Assembly: GCA_013265495.1 (NCBI GenBank)
Contig: MU058226.1
Location: forward strand, 830,741-894,740
Reading direction: 5' to 3'
DNA from: Vicugna vicugna
Taxonomy: Eukaryota
DNA length: 64,000 nucleotides
The position numbers were made by a program, and so were the translations under genes. Positions 26,730 to 38,000 of this stretch are shown one piece after another; within the stretch, counting starts at the first letter, position 1; the number at the start of each line of letters is the position of its first letter. Below the pieces are notes generated by a model, which saw nothing but the letters and a program-made list of their open reading frames with translations, made no database searches and was not told the DNA's origin.

Positions 26730-27370
26730 CAAGCGCCACGCCTACGGTCTAATCTCCAAACTGCAGCCTTCAGCCACGACTGCAACCCGCAACCCATTTT
26801 CATTTCTCGTGAGTCAGCGGACACCATGCCTGGGAGGACCGAGGAAGGACGCTCTAGCCGCACTAGATGGATCGGGCGGCAAATAGGCTAAGCCCCTCTA
26901 TCTGCCCCTGGCAGCCCGACTCTGTGGTCGCGATTTGGAAATCTGCGCGGGAAGTGGGCGGTGGGTGGGGAAGCGGCGGTGGGTTGTCCTTTGGAGCTGC
27001 CCAATCAAGGTGCTCTATGCTGTGCGCCTTCGGCAGCCTGGGATTACCGCCTCACCCAACCGATCTCAGTGTCCGGGGAGAAGCGCCCTTTGAGCCGTAA
27101 GGGGGCAGGGCGGGGGCGGGGCTTTGCCTGTGCCTCTGCATTGGCGGCTGGATCTGTAGGCGTGCAGCCGGGCTGTGAAAGACAGCGGCAGGAGCCAATA
27201 GCAAATCGGCCCCCTCCCCGCTCAGGCACTCGCGCCACCCCGGTCGCGGCCGTTACTGGTGGCGCGCGCGGGGACTGAAAGTAGGTGAGTTCTGGGGGGC
27301 CTCGCCCATGGCTCCCCGGGTGCCATCTTGGTTCTCCCGAAGGGCGGGAGGGGCGTGCCTCGGGTACGAC
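26730..27370 (+). promoter_or_regulatory. MDC1 promoter CpG island and non-coding exon 1 (donor GTAG|GTGAGT at 27284/27285)
   Basis: CpG-rich, tandem GC boxes near 27108-27122, CCAAT boxes near 27140 and 27195, E2F-like GCGCGGGAA near 26945. Divergent from TUBB. Confidence 0.65.
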
Positions 27371-29064
27371 TGGGTGGAGGAGACTTGGAAATTTGCCTCT
27401 GGGATTATAATACTCATCCTTACTTGAGGCCCCTCCCTGAGTTTAGGTGTGAAGACACAGGGAGACGTTGGGCCAGGAGGGAACCCGTGGGATGGATATC
27501 AAAGATGGTGGCCCATTGGATTGGAGCCGAGGGTCGTGGACGCCAGCTGAGTTAGCCAGTTATAAGAATGGAGTTAATACTGTCTCCATGGAGGCGTCCT
27601 ACTTTCTGTACCTGTCAACATTTTCCCTTTAGGGTAACATCTTTTTAAGTGATTCGCACCCATACTGTTTTGAGTTTTCATCTCATTCGTTCTTTCATCA
27701 GGGGGGCAAGGTTAATTTTACGGTTGGTTCATGAATATATACCGAATACTTATAACAGTACCAGGTGCGCAGTAACTACTGTTAAATAAATATGATGGAC
27801 CCTTGGGAAAAAGACACAGTTCTGCTGGTCCGTTTCTCAAGGGGGTTCGTGAGGCAGAAATGGAAAGTATAGCTACACTATGGTGAAAACTGTTAGGATA
27901 AGTACAAGTCCATTGACCACCGTGCAACACTTAGGATGCATCAGTAACACTAGAAAGCATAGAAGACTCTAGGCAAGGCTTTGCTGAGGAAGTGACATTT
28001 GACAGTAAAGTGTGGGTAGGAGGTGAACCAGAAAACTAGGATCAGAGGGCCAAGGAACTGGCTAAGGCCCGCAGATGTGAGGGACAATGGGGACAGTGTG
28101 TTCAGAGATTGGGGAGAAGATCCGTGTGGCTGAACCATAGGCTTGGGTGAGGTGGGGCTGGGGCATACATTTCAGGACATGAGGTTCTGATGGTGGAGAA
28201 TATTGTTAAGGAGTTTAGGTTTTACTTTATCCTTCTGGGCATGGAGAGCCATCAAAGAATATTAAACAGAGGAGAGACATTATCTGGGTGACCTTGAACA
28301 AGTACCTTAATCCATCTATACTACGACTTCATTTAAGAAATAAAAAATAATAATACTTCACAGGTTTCTTGTGACGATTAAATTAGTCAGCCAATATAAA
28401 GTAGTTAGAACAATGCTTGACACCTAGCAAGCCTCTCTACCTGTTCATTGTTATGATTCTTTGCAGTTTAGTCTGATCACACTGAGCTGGTCTGATAAAG
28501 TGTAAAAAGTATGGGCTTTGCAACCAGGAACACATTTATTTCAACTCTTTTCACATAGCTGCTATGTTCTCCTGGACAAATGATTTAATATTTTTAGTCT
28601 TAGTTTCCTAAATGCCTGCCTCAATGCCTGATACATAATAGATACTTGACAAAAGTTAGTTCCCTTTAAAATAGTTTTTTCAGATTGGCTTGCAACCCCA
28701 TAGTGGATAGCGAAGTCAATTTACTGGTTTGCAAGTTGGCATTTAAAAAATAGAGAATAGAAAAACAGAATGAGAACTATCAGTGTGTTAAATATATTAA
28801 GGCTAAGCATTGTTTCTCACAACATTTGTCTATAAATAAACATGTTTTGGATATCTTTGTGTACTCGGGACCCTGTAATAGTTCTTATCCTGTGCACAAA
28901 GATATTTTTTAAATACTTAGATGGATAACAACAGAATGGTTGGCAGAAAGAGGAGTGTCAGCCTCTGTAACTGTCCAGGTTTATCCTGTGCATCAGTCTC
29001 CTCTCTGAGGCTGTGTGTGTGAACCATTGACCGAGAGGATAATAATGTGTTTTCTTCCCAGATC

Positions 29065-32000
29065 ATGGAGGACACCCAGGTTGTTAACTGGGATGTTGAA
29101 GAAGAGGAGGAAGTCGAAGAGAGACCCAGTGAATCTTTGGGGTGTAGCTTGGAGCCCCTAGGGCAACTGCGTATCTTCAGTAGTTCCTATGGACCAGAAA
29201 AAGGTCAGGGGCATTGGGTGCTGAAATACTGGTATAGGCCTCTTATTTCTATGGGGAAGTAATTGGAGGGTTGCAAGCTTACATATGGCTCAAGGAGATC
29301 TGAAAAAATGTTTTCTTGGGAATGGAAAAGAGAGGGCTGACTGAGTTGATTGCTCCAGGCCCTGGACTCAATGAGGGTGATTTTACTTTGGTGGGAGAGG
29401 GTGAAGGGATTCAAATAAAAATCCAGTGAGGTCTGGAAATGGATGGTGGCGATGTTTTGCACAACAACGTGAATGTACTTAATGTCACTGAACCAAATAC
29501 TTAAAAGTGGTTAAATGAAAAAAAAAAGCGGTTAAATGGTAAATTTTATGTATATTTTACCAAAATAGAAAATAATCCAGTGTGGACGGCAAGGGAGATT
29601 GACTATAAATAACACGTTACGTGTACTGTTTATTACCTAGATATCCTAGGGCTTTTTATTTTTCTAATGCATGTGGGGACCTTGAGTGAGTAGTGGGGTA
29701 CTTTACAGGAACATTTTCCTAATAGCAGGCCAGGACTCTGGACTTAGAACCTTTCTACCTCTCTAATTCTTTTTTTTTAAATTGAAGTATGGTTGATTTA
29801 CAGTGTTGTGTTAGTTTCTACCTCTTTAAATTTTAGATTTCCCACTATACCTTGGGAAGAACGTGGTAGGCCGAATGCCTGAATGCTCCGTGTCCCTGCC
29901 CTTTTCATCCATCTCCAAACAACATGCAGTGATTGAAATCTTGGCCTGGGACAAGGCACCGGTCCTTCGGGATTGTGGGAGCCTCAATGGTACTCAAATC
30001 CTAAGGCCTCCTAAGGTCCTGGGCCCCGGGGTGAGTCATCGTTTGAGGGACCGGGAGATTATTCTCTTTGCCGACTTGGCCTGCCAATACCATCGTTTGG
30101 ATGTCCTTCCACCTTATGTCTCCCGGGGCCCTCTAATTGTAGAGGAGACACCCAGGGTACAGAGAGGAAATCAACCCCACAGACTTCTGTTGGCTGAGGA
30201 CTCTGAGGAGGATGTTGGTAAGTTAGTGTATTGGGAGGGCTGGTGAGGAGATGGGCATGGTGAGTATGAAACTGTCAACTTATTCCTTTCTGCTCCTGAA
30301 AGATTCTCCTGAAAGGCGTGTGGTGAAAGAACCAAGGACCTTCTCTTTGGCAACAGTAGTTCCAGAGAGGTGAGTGCCAAAGGCCAGACATTGGAGCCTT
30401 CGAAAGGACGAGGAGGCAGGGGTTGGAAAATTCTTACGAGATCTTATGAGAGCCAGTGACCATGAAATTTGAAGCTGGGGAGCCCCACATACCCTTTCAC
30501 TCAGCTGAATTTTTATTGAGCACCTCTGATGTGCCAAGCAGAGAACTAATTGTTGGAGATAGAAAAGCAAATAGCACCTCGTGTCTGCCTTCCAGGAGCT
30601 CCCAGTTGAGTGAGGTATCCTATCTTGGGAGGTAGATTCTCTAGACTCTTTCTCTTCTCTTCACAGCGATGAAGAGGGGCCTTCCCCTGCCCCAGATGGC
30701 CCAGGGCCACCTTTTGCCTTCCATCTGAACAGTGACACAGGTGACAAAGAAAGTCAACAACGAGGATCAGGGGAGGCCTCCTCTGCTGCCGGAAGAGGGC
30801 CTGCTGCAGAGACAGAACCACTGAAACCTGTCACAACTGAAATCCAGCTTGAAAAGGATCAATGTTCATCGAGGGAGAGGAACCAGGACACAGAGGTCAA
30901 GCCAGGTGCAAGGAATGGTGTGGTTCCAGTCGGAGTGATTCTGGAGAGGAGCCAGCCTGCTGAGGAGGACAGTGACACAGATGTGGACGATGAGAGCAGG
31001 CCTCCAGGACGGCCTGCTGTGGTCCATTCCGAAAGGGCCCAGCCTTCTGGCTTCATAGACAGTGATACTGATGAGGAAGAAGAGGGGATCCCTGCCACCC
31101 CAGCCGTAGTTCCTGTGAAGAAGAGGCAAATCTTCCACGAAGTTGGTACAGAGCATCCCCGGGCACCTGATGAGGCACGTCTGCAGGACAGCCCGGCTGG
31201 TAGTGATACAGATATAGAGGAAAGGGAGGCCCGCCTGACGGGTCCTCTGGAGAGAAGCCAAGGCTCCATGGTGATCGACGGCGACACAGATGATGAGGAA
31301 GAAGTCTCAGCGGCGCTGACTCTGGCCCGTCTGAGAGAGAGCCAGGCTGTCATGTGGAACAGAGGTTCGGGCACAGAAGCGGACAGGGCCCAGCCTGTGG
31401 TCCTTTTGGAGCCAAGCCAAGCCTCTGCAGGGAGAGACAGTGACACAGACGTGGAGGAAGAGGGGCTCCCACTGGAAAAGATAGGAACTGTTCCCAAGGG
31501 TCACACAGACAAGACACATTCAGAAAAGAGCCAACCTTCTCTCAGGGGCAGTGACATAGAGGCAGAGGAAGATAAGAGCTCCCCTGGGGTCCATCTGGAG
31601 AGAAGCCAGGCCTCTGCTTCAGTGGGCATCAACCCACAAGTGGAGGAAGAAGTCCCACCAGGGCCAGCGGTTATACTTCTGGACAAGCATCAGGTACCTG
31701 TGGCGTGGACAGTTCAAACAGATGTGGAAGCAGAAGGAGGCCCAGCAAAGCTGCCTGTGGTGCATCTAGAGGAAGCCCAGCCTCTTCCAGCTGGAGGCTG
31801 TGAACCAGATGTGGAGGAAGATACCTCCTTAGCAGCCTCCGTGGTGGCAGATGTAAGCAAGAGCCAGCTGCTGGCAGAAAGGGATGCTGGGACAGAGTGG
31901 GCTTCAGCCGTTCTTGAACAGGACAGAGCTCTTAAAGCTGGGGCCCAGGATGGGTCACAAGCGGAGCCAGGCCTTCACTCTGTCTCAAGGGAGAACTTAG

Positions 32001-35000
32001 CAGATCTGGTGCTGGACACAGGCACTCCAGGGGAACCCACTCAGTCACAAAGAGAGAGAGCCCAGCCCCCCCCAGAAAGGGAGAGAGAACCACATGTGGA
32101 CAGGACCATGAACTCTGGAGACAACCATGACGGTAAGTGCTGGCCTGCCTTCCTCCCTTGACACCTAAAGTAAAGAATGCTTATGTGGTGTCTTAGTCCA
32201 TTCGAGCTGCTATAACAAGATACTGTAGACTGAGTAGCTTATGAAAAAACAGAAATTTTCCCTCACAGTTCTAAAGTCGGGGAAATCCAAGATCAAGACA
32301 CTAGCAGATTCAGTGTTCGGTGAGGCCCTGCCCTTTGTTCACAAGCAGCCACTTTCTCACTGTGTCCTCACATGGCAGAGGGCACAAGGGAGCTCTCTGG
32401 GGTCTCTTTCAGAAGGGCTCTAATCCCATTCGTGAGGGCTTCATCCTCATGACCTAATCACCTCCCGAAGAAGGCCCCACCTCCTAATATCATCACATTG
32501 GGAATTAGGTTTCAATATAAGAATTTTGACACAAAGATTTAACCCACTGTATGGGGGTCAGGGCTGAGGAGTTGTTCTTGTTCTGAACAGTAAAGAAAAT
32601 GTTAGACATTAAGATGAGATATGATTTTTAAATTATCTATCCTGTATTCCTCCCGACCAGATTCTGAAGACCTGGACCTACAAGCTACCCAGTGCTTTGT
32701 GGAGAGAGAGAACCCAAGCCTGAAAGGTGAGGGCATCTATGCTGCATAGGTACTGGTACAAGCAGGAGCCGGGGGATTAGACTGGTGGTCCCTGAAGGGT
32801 GTGAAAGCCAGAGCGGGCAGGGCGGGAGACTGGGAACAGGATCCAGAGGTAGGTGGAGGAGCAGTGCTCAGACCAGGCTTTCTTGTGCAGCAGTCCCCAG
32901 CATGGAGGATGAACCCACCCAGGCCTTCCTGTTTACTCTGCCCCAGGAGCCTGGCCCTTCCCGTTGCAGCTTCCAGGCCACAGGTATAAGAAACTCTCCG
33001 CTCCTCTGTGCCCCTAACTTGACCTCCTGTTTTGTCCCTCTGTGCATTTCTTTCATATTCTTTGACATTTAGCTGATATTTCTTCATCTCATCAGAAAAA
33101 GAAAAAAATGCCGTATTAAGTCAGACCCATAGAGCCACCAGCCTAGCATCATTTTTTAAGAGGTTACTGAAAGAGCTTTTTTTATTTTTTAATGGAGGTA
33201 CTGGGGATTGATCCCAGGACCTCGTGCATGCTAAGCATGCGCTGTAACACCGAGCTATATCCACCTGCCTGAGAGAGCTTTTACATGAAGGTATGGTGTC
33301 ACTTTTTGAGACAAACATTAAATGTTGATTATCTTCCTTATTCCAGCTTTCCTTTACTAACCCATTTAAATGTATTATGCATGAATTTATCTTAATCTCT
33401 TCTCAAGCTACCACCTTTTCAACCTACATCCCTCTCTCTCTCTGAATTTGCTTCCAGGTGCCCTGGATGAGCCATGGGAGGTCTTGGCTACACAGCCATT
33501 CTGTCCAAGAGAGTCTGAGGCTTCTGTGACCCAGCCCATTGCCACCCGCCTTGAGGCCCAAAGATCTTGTCCTTCTCCACCTGGGGCAGCACTGCCAGAG
33601 CAACATCCAGAGAGCCCACTGGGGATGCAGGGCAGAGGGATGCAGACTGTGGAGAAAGACATGGGTACACCAAGAGAAACAGCAGAGAGGGTGACCCCTG
33701 AGACAGGGCCATTGGAGAGGGAAACCAAGAAACTGCCATCAGAGGGAGAGAGGGAAGATGCAGTGGGAGAGGAAGAATTAACCAGGGGGATACAGGACAG
33801 AGAACAAAAACAGGTGTTAGCTAGAGATGCTCAGAGACAAGAGTCTGACAACAAAGTGAAAAGTGCAAGTACTGAAAGGGATACGAAGAATTTGAAGGTA
33901 GAAATTGAGACACCCAAGGAAATACAAGAGAAAGAGGCAGAGCAGCAAATTCTTGCAAGAGAAGTAAATGAAAGAGAAGCAGAGAAAGAAGGGTCAGAGA
34001 GAGAACATGAGGCAGGTGGGTTAGAAGTAAAGGTACTCAAAGTGATACTGGAGAGAAACCCACAAAGATGGGAGGCAGAGAAGGGGGGCCAGGACCAGAA
34101 AGGCCAGGCCTCCAGTCTGACACCAGAACCTGGAGTGGGGTTGAGGGACCTTCAGGGACTTGCTTCAGCACCAGTAGCTTCTGGGAGCCAGTCAGGTGGA
34201 GGAAGGGGAGCCCCAGTGAACCCCAGGAGGCAGCAGAGAGGTAAGTGAAGGTAGAGGGGAGCCAAGGTGGCTCACAGTCCTCATGATAATCAGCCCCTGA
34301 GTGACTGACTGCTGAGACTTCAGCTGCATGTCTTTACCTTTGTCTAGGCCAGTTGAACTGCAAGATGCCACCTGCTGAGAAAGCTTCCAGGGTGAGAACT
34401 GCTTTCTCTACCCCCACCCCACCCCACAAGTCATCTCACTATTCCCTCCACTGCTCCTTGCCTGACCTTGCTTTCATCCACCCTTCCCCCCATTCTCACT
34501 TTCCTTCCATTTTCACTGCTCCTTAGTTGATTTCTATCTGTTTACCTTGACACCTGTTGTTCTCCATATCTGTTTCCCAAGTTCTGTCTCCCTCTACCTG
34601 ACTCAAAAAGAAGGTTCCTGTCTTCGGGTCTCTTCCCTCTTTCTCCCAACTGTCTTCTTTATTACCATCATTCATACTCAGAGAACACTATACTGGCATC
34701 CTGGGGAGACGTCTTCAGGAAAGAGGGCTGCTTCCTCCCCAGGAAGTCCCTGGTCTAATGGAGGAGGGGTCCCAGACAGAAAGAAAAATGCCACTGAGCA
34801 CCCTCTAACGGGAAACAAGTATCAGGAATAGGATTGGGGGTGGGGAGGGTAGAGCTGAGTGGTAGAGTGCGTGCTTAGCATGCACGAGGTCCTGGGTTCT
34901 CTCTCCAGTACCTCCATAAAAATAAATAAATAAAAAGAATAGTATCTAAGTCCTTTCTCTCTCCTTTCCGCCTTTTCCTCCCTCACTGGCTTCTGTTTCT

Positions 35001-38000
35001 CCCTAGGGTGATCAGGATTCCCCAGAAGCTTGTTTGCCTCCTGAAGTACATGAAGCCTCAGCCTTTCTCCACAGCCCCCTCATCTCTCAGAGCCAAAAGC
35101 CTCCTGCACCTCAGTCTCTCCCTTCTCCCTCTCCTCCTCCTTTAGAACTGCCCATTCCCAGGACCAGGCAGAATGAGGGTCAGGAAGCACTAGGGACTTC
35201 CCTTTCCTCAGAGCTGGACCCTCCCTACCCAAACCCCAAAATCAGGCCCCAGGGGTCCTCTCCAGTTTCTTCTCTACCCTGTGAGCCCCACTATACCACT
35301 CCCACAGACCAGCCTGTCAGGGCTGAGCCCACATCTAGGGTCACTCGGAGCAGGACACAGAGGTCCTTGGAAATGACCCCTGTATCAGTTGTCCCCACAG
35401 CCCCTGAGCTCCAGCCTTCCACCTCCACAGACCAGTCTGTCACCCTTAAGCCCACACTTCGGGCCACTCGGGGCAGGACACATAGGTCCTCTGTCAAGAC
35501 TTCCGAACCAACTGTCCCCATAACCCCTGAACTCCAGGCTTCCACCCCCACAGACCAACCTGTTGCCCCTGAGCTCACATCTAGGGCCACTCGGGGCAGG
35601 GCACACAGGACTTCTGTCAAGACTTCTGACCCAGTTGTCCCCACAGCCCCTGAGCCCCAGCCTTCTACTTCTGCAGACCAGCTTGTCACCCCCAAATCCA
35701 CATCTCGGGCCGGTCGAGGCAGGACATATTGTTCTTCTGTCAAGACTTCTGAATCAGTTGTTCCCACAACACCTGAACCTCAGCCTTCCACCCCCACAGA
35801 CCAGCCTGTCATCCCTGAGCTCATATCTAGAGCTACTCGGGGCAGGACACATAGGTTCTCTGTCAAAACCCCTGAACCAGTTGTCCCCATAGCCCCCGAG
35901 TCTCGGCCTTCTGCCCCCACAGACCAGCCTGTTACCCCTGAGCTCACATCTAGGGCTACTCGGGGCAGGACACATAGGTCTTCTGTCAAAACCCCTGAAC
36001 CAGTTGTCCCCACAGCTTCTGAGCCCCAGCCTTCCACTTCCACAGACCAGCCTGTCACCCCCAAACCCACATCTCGAGCCAGTCGAGACAGAACACACAG
36101 GTCTTCTCCCAAGACTCCTGAACCACGTGTCCCCACAGTCCCTGAGCGCCAGCATTCTGTCCCCACAGACCAGCCTGTTGCCCCTGAGCCCACATCTGGG
36201 GCCACTCAGAGCAAGACATGTAGGTCTTCTGTCAAGACCCCTGAACCAGTTGTTCCCACAACCTCTGAGCCCCAGCCTTCCACCTCTAAAGACCAGTGTC
36301 TCACCCCCGAGCCTCCATCTCAGGCCACTCGGGGCAGGATACGTAGGTCCTCTGTCAAGACATCCCAACCAGTTGAACCCACAGCCCATGACCTCGAACC
36401 TCCCTCCCTCATAGACCAGCCTGTCACCCCTAAGGTAATAGCTCAGGGTGGTCAGAGCAGGACACTAAGGTCTTCTACAGTAAGTGCTGTGCCAGTTTCT
36501 ACCACCCCTGAATTCCAGTCTCCTGAACCCACAGAACAGCCCGTTCCCCCTAAGCCTATCCCTCAAGCCAATTGCAGCAGGAGGCCGAGGGCCACCAGGA
36601 AGCATGGGTCTCTCCCAGCTCCCACTGTTCATGAGCCCTGCACTACACCCCCTGAACCTAACTCCCGGTCCTCGAGGAACCAAAGACGAGGAGCAGGGAG
36701 AGCAGCAGAGTCCGTTAGCACCATTCCTGAGCCTACCTTTGCCCAGCTTCCTGAGGTGCCCCCTCCTGCTCCCCAGATCCAAAAGGGGGAGGCAGCAGGT
36801 AGATCTGGCTTCACCCCAGAGCCCCAGCCTAAGGCCTCTCAAAACCGCAAGAGGCCTTTAGCTACTTCGGATTCACCCCCACTTCAAAAACGGCTCCGAA
36901 GGGGAGAAGTGCCCCAGAAGACGGCATTCTTCACAGAAGAAGAAAATACTGCAACGAGGCCGGGCAAGGAAGAGGTGAGGAGAGGGCAGGGGCCATGATG
37001 CTAGGAAAGGGCTTGGGGACTCAGAAATTCCCACCAAGTTCCCTCTCAATCCCAGGATGTAGTGATGCCAGGAGCAGTCAAGAGAAAGAGAGGCCAGGCG
37101 GAGGAGGAGCCCCCAGGAACACAGAGCCGCAGCCTCCGACGGACCAAACCTAACCAAGAGCCCACAGCCCCCAAAGTAGGAGACCGGGGCCCTGAGGCTT
37201 CATGGGAGATGAGGGAGGGTGGGAGGAGACCGAGGGGATTTGGGAGATGGGCGCTGAGACACTGGTTGCTGTGACCTGCTCAGGCTGACCCGCTTCACAG
37301 GTGCTCTTCACAGGAGTGGTGGATGCTCGTGGAGAGCGGGCAGTGCTGGCCCTGGGGGGCAGTCTGGCCAGCTCAGTGGCTGAGGCTTCCCACCTGGTGA
37401 CTGATCGGATCCGTCGGACTGTTAAGTTCCTGTGCGCCTTGGGGCGGGGCATCCCCATCCTCTCCCTGGACTGGCTGCACCAGGTGAGAGGCCAGGAGAT
37501 GATGATGGACCCACCCATAGAGATAGTGACCGGAGAAGACTGCTCACATAGGGCTCTAGAAAGCAGTGGGAGGAGTGTGCGTACAGGAAGATGAGGTTAG
37601 TGAGGTTTAATTCAAAAGACATTTCGTGAGCGCCCTGTAAATGCTAGACAGAAGAGCTGGGTGATGAGCCAGGCTGAGCTTTGATGCTGACTATTCCGTC
37701 CTTAGTCCCGCAAGGCAGGTTGCTTCTTGCCCCCAGATGAGTATGTGGTGACTGATCCCGAGCAGGAGAAGAACTTTGGCTTCAGCCTCCGGGAGGCCCT
37801 GAGCCGAGCTCAGGAGCGCAGGCTGCTGGAGGTGAGAGGCTGTCTTCTACGCCATGCTTCAGCCCTCCATCCAGACATTTCCCAAGGCTCCCCAGCCTCT
37901 CGTATCATCTGCTGTCTCCACCATTGTCTTCCCTAGGGCTATGAGATTCACGTGACCCCAGGAGTCCAGCCACCACCCCTGCAGATGGGCGAGATCATCA

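Noticed and set aside
34842..34916. Possible tRNA-Ala(AGC) genes (also at 5105, 6690, 15481, 33195 and 43317)
   Set aside because: Extended 5' heads, mismatched stems, A-rich tails and TSDs identify them as SINE copies rather than tRNA genes.
35291..36389. Several repetitive minus-strand ORFs
   Set aside because: Antisense frames of the MDC1 coding repeat.
35295..36540. Regularly spaced repeat resembling a CRISPR array or satellite
   Set aside because: Whole 123-nt units are similar with no unique spacers, and the array is the in-frame MDC1 PST region in a mammalian genome.
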